Source: Vicugna vicugna (taxonomy: Eukaryota). Taken from it: a stretch of DNA of 64,000 bases. This document shows, one piece after another, positions 49,323 to 60,572 of this stretch. The first letter of the stretch is position 1. Every line of letters starts with the position of its first letter. The notes beneath the pieces are model-generated. The model saw only the letters and a program-made list of their open reading frames with translations, searched no databases and was not told the DNA's origin. The position numbers were made by a program, and so were the translations under genes. Location of the stretch: NCBI GenBank assembly GCA_013265495.1, contig MU058781.1:414963-478962 (forward strand), read 5' to 3'.

Positions 49323-52114
49323 ACCTCATCTTTGGAGAATGTAGGGTAACATAACGTATGTCAGTTCAGCGGTTCAACTAGTCTATTATTATGTCAGTTG
49401 TGAACACAAATGGTTCCCACATCAGTAGATCGCTTCCCAAACCACTGACTTACAATTACCCTAAGCATATGAGGTGACAAAAGGGGACATGCAGAGAATG
49501 TCTGATGGATATAGTCACCAATATTAATAAAGAAAAAGAAAGATAAAAGAAAGTTCTTCCTCTTCATATTTTTGAGCACTCAGAGCAAAGCCTTCATTTT
49601 CCTCTTGACTGACAGCTAATATACCTTGAGGGACGCTACTCAAAGAAAATAATCCAAAGTCAAAAAAACAAACAAACAAAAAGTTAAGAAAATTAAGAAT
49701 GCCCAGGGTGCCAAAACGATGTATTTATTCACAAAGAAAGTGGTCACCTCTTACAATACTGGTATTAGATAAAGGACTGCCTGGAACTGAAATACTAAGG
49801 ACTGAAAAGTCTGACTGACTTCTTTCGTTGCGTGAGATAAGCAACATTCCTGCATCATGTAGCTTAAAATTTTGCCCTCATAAAAATGACACATTTTACT
49901 GTAAATTTCGCAAATGTTCTTAGTGATTATTAAACAACTATGAAATCTTCGTTTTCCCATTTGAAAGATAAGCTGACGTCTAGCACATTTGCCTAATAGA
50001 AGAGTATACAATCAACAGGACGTCTTTACTCCTCCACGTTGCTCCCTAAGGAAGGCACTTACCCTAAGAACTGTTTTGCCTGATGACAAGTAGCAGCTGC
50101 ACTTACTTCGATAGTGTCCAATACCTCGCTTTGCCTAATCTGCATCTATCTCCTAAATGGTTTAATTAATTTTGCATTGTGCTTACTGACTGGTTTTAAT
50201 TAGCAGTTAAATCAGTTCAGTTAACGAAAAAATGTAGGTGTTTACATGAATGCAAATCACAATGAGTTCTCAGGGCTCAATTCAAAAACTGGTTCCATGC
50301 CATTGATGTTGGATTTCTTTAGGCTTTGCTTTAAAAAAAAAAATGCATCCTTTAGCTATAGCTTCTCCCTCAATAAATTATGAGTGTTTATAATTCACTA
50401 TCTGGTCTGCCCTTTTTTCTGTATAGAGAAAGGCTGTATGCCCAGACTAAGGTGAAGACCTTCCAGGGGGTGTCTTCTGTGCTTCAGTGGAGACACTTCT
50501 CATACGTGAGTTCTGGAAATGGCTCTCAGAACGCTGGCTGCAGTGGGGATTTCCTTGGTAAATTGTCTGGGGTAGTCCCAATGCAGTGGGGCCATTAATT
50601 TCTCCAGAGATGGTTAGATGATGACACAACACAAAACACAACTCTGATGTGGCTCCTTAATAAGCTGATGTTTGAGGGGAAGAAACTGAGGTGATTCTAT
50701 TTTTAAATCTGTTTCAATTCCAAAATCAGTAAATTCTTCAACCCCTGATTTGGTGTCTATACAAGAAAACAGTCAAACATGAACAACTGTGTTGTTTTTT
50801 TTTTTTTTAATCTTATCAACTGACTATTTCTAATTTATATAAAAAAAATGCTTTTACAATTCCTAGACCTTGTGATCCAATTGGAGGTGATCTGCTTTGA
50901 AAATAGATTTCTGCAAAAAGTCTTGATTTACTTGACTTGAAATTCAAGATACCTCTATAATTTCAAAAGAAACAGAAGAGCAGTTTCTTTAAGCAAGATA
51001 GTATAGTAAAGAGCTGATCTAGTATGTAGACAACTTAAAGACTGTATACCAAAACCGTGAATAGTAAAATCCTAAAATACATCTTTTCCTCAACGGTAAA
51101 CTTTATGGAGCTTTCATTGTTTGGATGATGACTTTAGTTCTTCCAGTCACTTTATGTGTGTTGACAAATCACTTGTACACTGTTTAAGAGGTATTTTAGC
51201 AGCAACATTTCTCAGTGATCTCCAACCACAAGTTCTTCTAATCTTTTTACTGTCAGTATGAACACAGGATAGGGGCTTTCTCATCAGGCTTGAAGAATCT
51301 CATATAAGGAGAAGGCGGTATCCAAGAAAGAGCCATTTATTTGTTTGAACAAAACCTCTTTTCTATGCTATATATGTTAATATCTTTTACAACATACGTT
51401 GAGAAATTCAGCATTACACAGTTCAGTTGGGTTAGCTGCTCTTGCTAAAGAAAAATTTCAGAATAATTAATAAGCATCAGGAAAACAGTCAAGCTTGGGA
51501 TTAGCTGCATTATGGAACCAGAAGGACCTGGAAACCAGGGCGGGAGTGATTTCCACTAATGAGCTGATGACGGATACTTAATGATCTGGTTGCAAGCCCA
51601 GAAAACCTTGCAAACAAGTTTCATGTACACAGCAACCAGAGAGAAAGTGTTAAATCAATACATGTTGTAGTGTGTAGAAAATTCTGTTTGGCAATGAATT
51701 ATCATGATGAAAATGAAAGCAAAACTTCCTACTATGATCATGCCTCACCTGAGAGCTAGTTTACTCTTCAAAAGTAAAACTGAGTGATTTTTATGCAGAT
51801 ATGTATGCATGAAGGTATAAGAATCTATCTATAGATCATCTTTTTCCAATTAATTTCGATTAAAACTTTCTTAGGTGTACATATAGAAAAAATATTTCAA
51901 AATGGTAGTAAATCATTGCTCTGCAAAAATATTCTGTAAGTTTTCAATATTTTGAAGTTTACTGACACATAATTTACGAACCAGCATATGGTCTGCCTTG
52001 GTGAATGTTCTATGTACAATTGAAATTGTGTATTCTGCAGTCCTTGGGTGTAGCGTTCTGTAAACGTCAATTAAATCAAGGTGGTTCAAGTTTTGTTCAA
52101 ATCTTCTCTATTGG

Positions 52115-52527
52115 TGTAGCCCCCCGACTGTGGGAACAAAGAAATGAGCCTTGTGCTGGAATGGTAAACAAGTTATGAAAAGCTGCAGACTCAGAGGTGA
52201 GAAGGCTGGTTAGCCAATGGCGGGTAAGACCCCCAGAGGGGGGCAGCCTAAGACAGGCACAGCCGCCTGAGTCCAAGAAGAATATTGCTAAGCAGCTGTT
52301 TCTCATACTTTCCGCCCTGATAAGCTGTAAGGCTCGCTGGTGCCAACACGAACATGATTTACCAAAACATAAAGAGTCTTCTGACCTTGAGCCAGACACT
52401 GCCTGTTAACCATTTCCCCATATTCTTCTCTGCTACATAAGACTACATAACTTAATAAAGCTTTAAAGTAGTCATCAGCTCTCTCTGCATATGGTGTGTA
52501 TGTGTACATGATACTGAGACACCAACA
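52115..52527 (+). mobile_element. ERV solo LTR, family not recognised
   Basis: TG...CA termini (TGTAGCC...CCAACA), 413 bp, CCAAT box, AATAAA near 52454, 5-bp TSD ATTGG/ATCGG; interrupts otherwise continuous L1 sequence. Confidence 0.85.
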
Positions 52528-52964
52528 ATCGGTCTAACTTACTTATAGTTATTCTATTAATTAATGTGTTGTGGTGTTATAAATACCAACCATGATGGTG
52601 CATTTGTCCATTTATTCTATAATTTTTATCCATTTTTACTTTATATGTGCATTTCAAACTTTTTACTTTAAAATAAATATAAATTCACTGGAAGTTGCTA
52701 AGATAGTACAGAGTGGTCATGTGCCCTTCTCTCAGTTTCCCCCAATGGTTACATATTTTTCAAACCTGAAAATTATCCCTTAATATCAATTTATTAGATG
52801 ATTGCTGAGCCAGAAGACAATGTTCATTATGCAAAGGTTAGTTACAGACACATTTTAATTCTAAATATAAATATTGAGTTGCATGCATTCTAGACTAAAC
52901 ATGTTCAAACAGATAAGTCATTGTAAGCAGTGTTTTATATCCTACAAGTGAGAATACTTTTTCT

Positions 52965-54430
52965 TTCTTTTTTAAATAGCTACATTAAGATATAATTCTC
53001 ATAATGTAAGAATCTACCTATTTAGTGTATATAGCCTACTGATTTTTAGTATACTCAAAGAATTGTGCAATCATCAATAAAACTGATTTTAGAACATTTT
53101 GATCATGCCAAAAAGAAATCCTGTATTTATTTGTATTCATTCCCTATTCCCACCTCCTCTTACCCTTAACCCCAGGCAACCACCAATCTAATTTCTGTGC
53201 CTATAAATTTGCCTGTTCTGGATATTTCATATACATGGAAACATAATACGCAGTCTTTTGCTCACTTAGCATAATATTTTCAAGATTTATCCATGTTGTA
53301 GCATGTATTATTATTCCTCCCTTTTTAAATTGCTGAGTACTATTCCACTGTATGGATATACCATCTTTGTTCATCCATTCATCAATAGATTGATGTTTAG
53401 GTTGAGTCTACTTTTTGGCTAATAAGAATAATGCTGCTATGAACATTTTTGTACAAGTATTTGTGGGGAAATGTTTTCATTTTGTTTAGGTATACACCAA
53501 GAGCAGAATTTCTGGTTCACACAGTAACTCTATATTTATAATTTTGAAGACCTGCCAAACTGATTTTCAAAGTGGCTGAACTATTTTAGGCTCCCAGTAG
53601 CACTGTATGAGGGTTCCAATTTCTCCACATCTTCTTTCAAATACATAATTTTCTAGGTTTTTATTACAACCATGTTAATGGGTGTGAAGTAGTATCTCAT
53701 TGTGGTTTTGATTTGCATTTCCCTGATGATTACTGAGCATTTTTTTATGTGCTTTGGGGGCATTTCTATTATCTTTTGAGAGAAATCTATTCAAGTCATT
53801 TGCCCATTTCTTGGGCTAATTATCTTACTCTTATTGAGCTGTAAGAGTTTTTTTTATATATTCTTGATGAAATTCTCTGTCTGATATATGATTTACAGAC
53901 TACATTTTCTTATTGTGTGGGTTGTCTCTTCTTTTTTGGAGTAGTACCATTTGAAGCACAAAAGTTTTTAATTTGCATGATGTGCCATTTATCCATTTTT
54001 TCTTTTGTCACTTGTGTATTTGATATCATATTTAAGAAATCATGATCTAATGTCATGGAGATTTAGCGATTTGTTGAAAAAAATATTCTTTCCACCATGG
54101 AACTGCATTGGCACCCCACTGAAAATCAATTGATTATAAATGTGAGTGTTTATTTATGGACTCTCAATTCTATTCCATCCATCTATCTGTCTAGCCTTAA
54201 GGTAGAAATACACTGCCTTGCTTCGTGTAACTTAGTAGGAAGTTTTGGAACTGAGAAACTACGAGTTTTACAACTTTCTTTTTCAATTTCAAATTTTTTT
54301 GGCTTTCCTGGGTCCCTTGAATTTCCACATGAATTTTAGGATCAGTTGTTGATTTCTGCAAAAAAGCCAGTTGTGATTTCGATCAGGATTACATTGAATC
54401 TATAGCTCAATTTAGGGAGAATTATCATCT
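52965..54430 (-). mobile_element. L1MB-like 3' portion
   Basis: T-tail, then ccccaggcaaccaccaatcta...tttgcctgttctggatatttcatata...gtatctcattgtggttttgatttgcatttccctgatga. Confidence 0.85.
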
Positions 54431-55079
54431 TAATATAACCCAATGTTATATCTTACATAATTTGTCACATAAATACAATATTAAAACAAGGAAGTTGACA
54501 CTGGTAACATATGTGTGCATAACTCTATGACATTTTTAACATGTGTAGGTTTGTTTAATTACCACCACAATGAAGATACTGATTATTCCATTACCACAAA
54601 GATCTCCCTTGTGCTATCCATTTTTAGTCACAATCCTCATTTTCAAACTTCCCTAAACCTTAGCAACACAAATCTGTTTTCCATCTCTATAATTTTGTTA
54701 TTTCAAGAATGTTATATAAAAGGAATCATAGACAATGTGACCTTTTAAGGTTGACCTTTTTTACAATTAGTGTAATGTCCTTGAGAGTCAACCAAGTTGC
54801 ATGTACCAACAGTCTGCTCCTTTTGATGGCTGAGTAGTATTCCACGGTATGTGTGTATCACAGTCTGTTCATTCAACTATTGGGGGCATTTTGTCATTTT
54901 CAGGTTTTAGCTATTACTAATAAAGCTGCTATAAACATTTGTGTACAGGTTTTTATGTGAAAATAAATTTTAATTTATCTGGGATAAAAGTCCAGTAGTA
55001 TAATTACTAGTTAGTATGATAAACATATAATTTTTTTTTAATGAAAATGCCTACTTTCTAAAGTAGCTGTATGGTATAC

Positions 55080-55217
55080 AAAAGGCAACCTCCAGAATGA
55101 AAGAAAAGATTTGCAAACCACATATCTGACAAGGGATTAATATCCAAAATATATAAGCAACTTGTGTAAATCAAGAGCAAAAATACCAAATAATCCAATT
55201 TAAAAACTAGGCAAAGG
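55080..55217 (+). mobile_element. L1 ORF2 fragment in the opposite orientation
   Basis: aaaaggcaacctccagaatgaaagaaaagatttgcaaaccacatatctgacaagggattaatatccaaaatatataag. Confidence 0.8.
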
Positions 55218-56559
55218 TTTTCTATTGCTTTGCTGAGTTGTTTTTTTTTAACTTGTTTAAGCATGTTCATAATTGCTCATTGAAACAATTTTATGACAGC
55301 AGCTTTAAAATACTTGACAGATAATTCTAACATCTGCGTCTTCCTGAAGTTGGCGTTTGTTCACTGTCTTTTTTCACTCACTTTGAGATTTTCCTGTCTC
55401 TTTGTATGATGAGTGATTTCCTGTTGAAACTACCATGTTATTCCTTATGTCCTCAAGTCCCCAACTAGTCTGTTTTCTTTTCTCCAACTTGCAGTGTCTT
55501 CTTCTGTTTGTCTTATATGTAATAAACAGGGTTTTAGCTGTACTCAGTAAGAATAATGGGGAAAAGTACATCTATTTCATCTTCCCAGAAGTAGAAGGAC
55601 TACTTCATGCATTTTGAAGCCTCTGATCAGCTAGCGTGCTATGTCTTCTTGACATAGATACATATAACTTATCATAGCAAAGCCAGTAAGATTGTTCTTA
55701 TGAAAATGTTACATAGATAGACATACATATTTTTAATCAAGAAAAAAGGGCTAAACTTGTATGTTTTCCAGTTACCAAAATATGTTCAACTTGAACTATG
55801 CCACAACTATCCGAAACTAAAAATTCAGGGCTCAAAAGTGCTTTCGTGAACAACCTTCACTGTGAATCCAGCAGACAGCAAAATTTGCAGCTATGGCTTT
55901 GCACTAGAGCTGCACCTGTGCACTTGAATACACATCTATGTGCACATTTTGCCAACCCGTTAGGGTCACGGTGCAAATTACTGCGTTTCAAGTTCTTCAT
56001 TTCGTCATTCGAAACACTCCTTGGCCCTTGGCCTTGAGAAACAGGCTAATTACACTAAAACTTGAGAACAATGGTTAAAATTTTACTCTTGGCTAACTCT
56101 GCAGTTTGCAGCACAGATTTTCATTTTGTTGTTGTGAATTTAACTGTTTATTCGTCTAACATTTAATGAGGGCCTCTGCTTTTCCAGAATTTCTGTTAAG
56201 CCTTGTGATACCACATGACACTTAGAAATTACAAGCTCTGGCCTTCACGGAACTTAAGAAAAATCATCTTTCACTCCCTTGTTTCTTAATGTGCCCTTAA
56301 ACACTAGGCAATCAGCAAGGTTATTTTATTTTTTATCTTCTGTCACCTTTTCTTCTGCTGTTTTTGCTCAATTTATTATCTTTACATTTTCATAGCACAC
56401 AGTGCTTAGATTCCGTTTGGTCACTCTTATCTTCAAACTTGTTTTTGCCTCAGATGTACAAGAAAATATATTTCATGGCAAGTTTCTCCTGTAAGCCCCA
56501 AGTTCACGTTTGAATGTCTTGCTGGGTTGCGCTTTATTTTCCAACGGTTTCATCAAGTA

Positions 56560-57400
56560 GCACTGATGTGAAACACCTTCTTGCCCTAGTTTTTCTGTGT
56601 TCAAAACTTTAGTGTATGGACCATGTATTTGAAGATCTTACTTGGATATGAAATTTTTAGCATCTGTACAGTATTCTGCAGGTTTTGATTCAATCTCCTC
56701 TGAAGAGCCTTGCTTCCGAGGAATCTGATGCAATTTCTTTTCTTTACAAGGTGAGGTATGCATTCTTTTCTTTGTCGACCTGAAATACTGCTTTATTATC
56801 TTTTAAAGATAAGTTTACTAGGATGTTTCTTAAGTTTGAGTCTTTAGGGTCCATTTTCACAAGAGTTTGGGATACTCTTTTTCTATGCAAATATAAGAGT
56901 TCTTTTATTTCAAAATAGTTTTTCTTCTTCATTTAAGAAATATTTTAGTCCATTATTTTACTGCTTTCTTCAGTGACTCCATTATACATCCACCATATCT
57001 CTTTCTGTTTTCTTCTCTATTTATCCTTTCATCTCCAAATCTTTATAGTTTATCACTTCACTTCCATTCTCTTTATTTTTCTTATATCCCTTGATGTATT
57101 TTCAATGATTTGTTTCATCTTTGTGTACCTTGTAGCTTAATTTTTTGGAAAACATCTTGTATTTTCTTCATTTTCTTTCCCAAGTTCTCCCTGCTCCCAC
57201 TTCACTTCTCCTCATTGTTTGACTATGTCCTTCTATTGTCTGGCCACCCACATTCTAAATCGCACATTTCTGCTGTGTGATTATATTTTATATCAGCATT
57301 TTTTCCCCAGCAATTTCTCAAAATTCACATGAAGCCAGTGAGTTATGATTTTCATATATTTCGTGGCAACATTTTTTTCTGCTGTATTTTCCTTGTGAGT
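56560..57400 (-). mobile_element. HAL1/old L1 ORF1 remnant
   Basis: Minus ORF 56744-56932 (...KRVSQTLVKMDPKDSNLRNILVNLSLKDNKAVFQ) resembles the degraded ORF1 segment ERAHR...PRHILVKL..KDKEKIL. Confidence 0.55.
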
Positions 57401-57454
57401 AAGAAAGCTCTGCTTCCTTTCTGAACTTGCCTTTTATTAATGTGCTAACCCTGT

Positions 57455-57578
57455 ACCCTGTCACCAGACACTGATTTTTAAGTCCCCAGTTGAGCCTGAG
57501 AATCTGCATATTTTTAATATACAGCCCCAGCTGATTCTGCTACGTGTGGTCCAGGGAACAGACTTTGGAAAACTCTGT
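57455..57578. mobile_element. MER5A-like hAT MITE fragment
   Basis: gagcctgagaatctgcatattttt...ccccagctgattctg...ggtccagggaacagactttggaaaactctg. Confidence 0.65.
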
Positions 57579-58199
57579 TCTTGGGTAAAAGCTGACATTT
57601 GTTTTTAATCATCTGGAAATGTAAACAAATGAAACAGAAGCCATGATTGGAGTGGTATGTTTTTGGAGACTCATTTCTTCCCCATTCTTTCTGTCTAACC
57701 CAAGGACATTCCTAAAGACGTATCAGTGAAGTTCAGGGTGGAACCACTGTGCATCACTGCCAGCCGGAGAGAAGGCGGCCGCACTGTACAAAGGAAGCAT
57801 GCACTGTCCCTGCAGCAGGAATCCAGACTCTGGCCCTAAGTCTAAAACAAGTTCTGCGACCTCAAAATAAGGCACTTAAAATAACAATGACCTTTGACCA
57901 GAGAGTTACATTTTCACAATTATGGTTGCTAAATTTAAATTTCATGACAATTCCGGATGGTCGGTATTTCTACTATACTTACTTTATGTAGCAGGAAACT
58001 GCAGCTCAGACGTTAAGCATTCTATTTAAATCACACAGCTAATGGAGGAAGGAGATAACTTCTGAGTTTATTTACTTTTTTAATTTAAAATTTTATTTTT
58101 AATGGACAATGTGGTGACATGATTCCTAAGTCCCTCTTTCCCTTCCTGGTGATTATACAGTTTACTCTTTATTTGCCCACTAGCTGTGCAGAGTACTGC

Positions 58200-59250
58200 C
58201 TGTGTTTCCACACCCCTGCTAAAAAAAGTCTGCTAAATTTCTGGACTGGTAAATTTGATGGGTGAGAAAGAATTATCTTAGTGATAATTTTAAAATTTGT
58301 ATTTGTCTCTTTTTGAGTAAATTTGGCCATCTTTTCACATGTGTAAGGGCTATTTAATATTTGTTGTTTTCATGAATTCTCTTTTCAGGTCCTTTTCTAC
58401 TGAGTTGGTTTTTTTGTTTATTTGTTAGGCTTTTTTTTTTTTTGCTCTAGATTTTCAAGAATTTTCTTTATTTACTAGAAAGATTAGCACTCTATCAATA
58501 TTTTTGCAAATATTTTCACACCTTACATTTAACTTTGAAGTAATTTATGGCATAGCTCCCTCTCTTCTTTTACTATGCTGAACCTTTTAAAAATGTAGTT
58601 GGATCTTTCTTACATTCAGGTAATGAAGGAATTCACTTCTATCTTCTAGTAACTATATGGCCTCATTTTTTACATTTTAAATTTTGATTCATTTTAAGTT
58701 TATCCTATTCACAGAGAGAGGTAAGATTCTAATTTTATCTTGCTTTCCCCAAATGATTGCCTCCTTTTTCCAACACCAGTTATTTAAATCCCCGCCCGCA
58801 CCCCCGTGGTTGGAGGCCGCTCTTTCATCGCGCGTTGCGTCCTTTGTGCGCGCAGGGGGCTGCTCTCTCCGCCACCCCGGCGTCTCCAGCGCGCTGCTAG
58901 GCTGTGGAGGATTCTCGCTGGAGCACCGGTAAGGCTGCTCCATCCTCAAAGCTCTTCATTTTCAGGATTTTTCCTGCTAGTCTTGCCGATTTACTTTCCT
59001 TTCTGTCTTTCTTGGGAACAGATTACATTTCTAAGTCAGTCTAAAGAGAATGAAAACCATCATGATATTGAGTCTTTCTGTGTAAGAACATTCTAGGTAC
59101 CATGTCTTCTGAAGTCAGTTTGGTAAATTGTATTTTCCTCAAAAAGTATTCATTTCGTCTATGGCTCCAATTTAATTTCCATGAAGTTGTGTGAAACAGC
59201 CTCTGTTTCCAAGGTTTTGCCACCCGTGCGCAGCTCTGTCCCCCGACCCA
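58200..59250 (-). mobile_element. L1ME-like remnant with an internal GC-converted patch
   Basis: atttgatgggtgagaaag...catcttttcacatgtgtaagggctattt...ttccaacaccagttattt...atattgagtctttct. Confidence 0.65.
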
Positions 59251-60307
59251 TTTCCATCAGTGTTCGTTCTGCTGCATTTCCCCCCGCCCCACCCCCGCCC
59301 TGCTAGTTCCTGCTCCACATGCTGTCTAGCTCATGGCAACTCCAGGCAGGGGAGCCTGGTCCTTCTAGGCATGAATGTTACTTTGATGGGTGGACTCTGG
59401 CTCCACTGCCCCCTGCCGCCCCGCCCCGCCCTGCACCCATCCTCCTCTCTCTGTCCCAGCCCCTTGTCTTGCTTGTGTGTGTGTGCCGGTCTTGCTGATC
59501 TCAGGAACTCTGAGCTACATTTGCAGACAAGTTAGAGTTTGCAGATTTGTTTTCTTCTACTTCACTGTGAATTTATTTCGAGCGAGTGACTTGCTATTAT
59601 TATTCTTTTTCTCTATTTTGCTTTCTATGATTTCTAGGGGAATTTCTTACAGTATTTTTTTTTTTACCTTGACATGTCATCATCTTCTTTCTTAAACCTG
59701 GTTCTTTCTGCAGTATGTTATGAGGAATCCCATCACCAATTTGCCCCCTACATGAGCTATAGAAATCATACCCATTCTTAGGATACTGAAGTAGAGGACT
59801 CATTCGGGCTATTTTCTTAAGAAAACTGGTCCAGTCTTCTTTCTGTCCTTTGTCTCACTGCACCCCTACCTACACCTATTCTGAGAGCTTTTCTAACCTC
59901 CCTCACTCTTCGTACACGCCTCTCCCTTTCCCTCACTCTTTGCCAGGAAACACAGATTCACACTGAGATATCTTCTCTGGGAAGCTCTTGGTGATCCGCC
60001 ACCACACCAGCAAAACTAGCTACCCCTTTGTTAGTCATTCCTTTATCAGAGCGGATGGATGGCTGTTCTGATGCCTTGAGTGCTTAATACATTTTAATGC
60101 TATCATTTTCTTAACTCTAACTTATCCTTGGTATATTGTGAGCTCTTTGATGGCACGTGATAGGTCGACAGTCATTCTTTTTATTGAATAGTGTAAAATT
60201 AATTTGACTTAATTTACAATGATGAGTAAAAATGATTTCTTTGTCTGGTTCTCCGTCCAGAATGTAGGTCTATGAAGATTAGGAGTCAAGTATTTTTATG
60301 ATTACAG

Positions 60308-60572
60308 ACCAAAGGACTTGCACATCTCCCGCAGCACAGTTAGACCTTCACGTATGTCTGATTCAAGTTCTAGTCTTTCAGAGAAAGATGCAGAAACAAC
60401 GTCATCGCTGAGAGTAAAGGACATAGACAATAAACCTATGTTAGCTACGGACAGAGTTAGAATTATAACTCGTATCTCTAAAATCCCAGAAAGCAAGCAC
60501 ATCTGCTTGCTGCTTTCTTCTCCATTTATGCCAGCCAAGAGCAAGGCGAGAATAAATACAGTGAATGATTAA
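60308..60572 (+). other. Candidate exon, open on both strands
   Basis: Acceptor tatttttatgattacAG; phase-2 frame PKDLHISRSTVRPSRMSDSSSSLSEKDAETT...; possible GC donor after 60545, or AATAAA at 60551. Confidence 0.22.

Larger units (their letters stand above)
51960..55610 (-). mobile_element. Nested cluster of old L1 pieces (ORF2 remnant, L1MC/L1MD 3' end and others)
   Basis: ccagcatatggtctgccttggtgaatgttctatgtac resumes after the LTR; L1MC/MD-like 3' end at ~52655-52760 continues at ~54430-55060. Confidence 0.75.
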
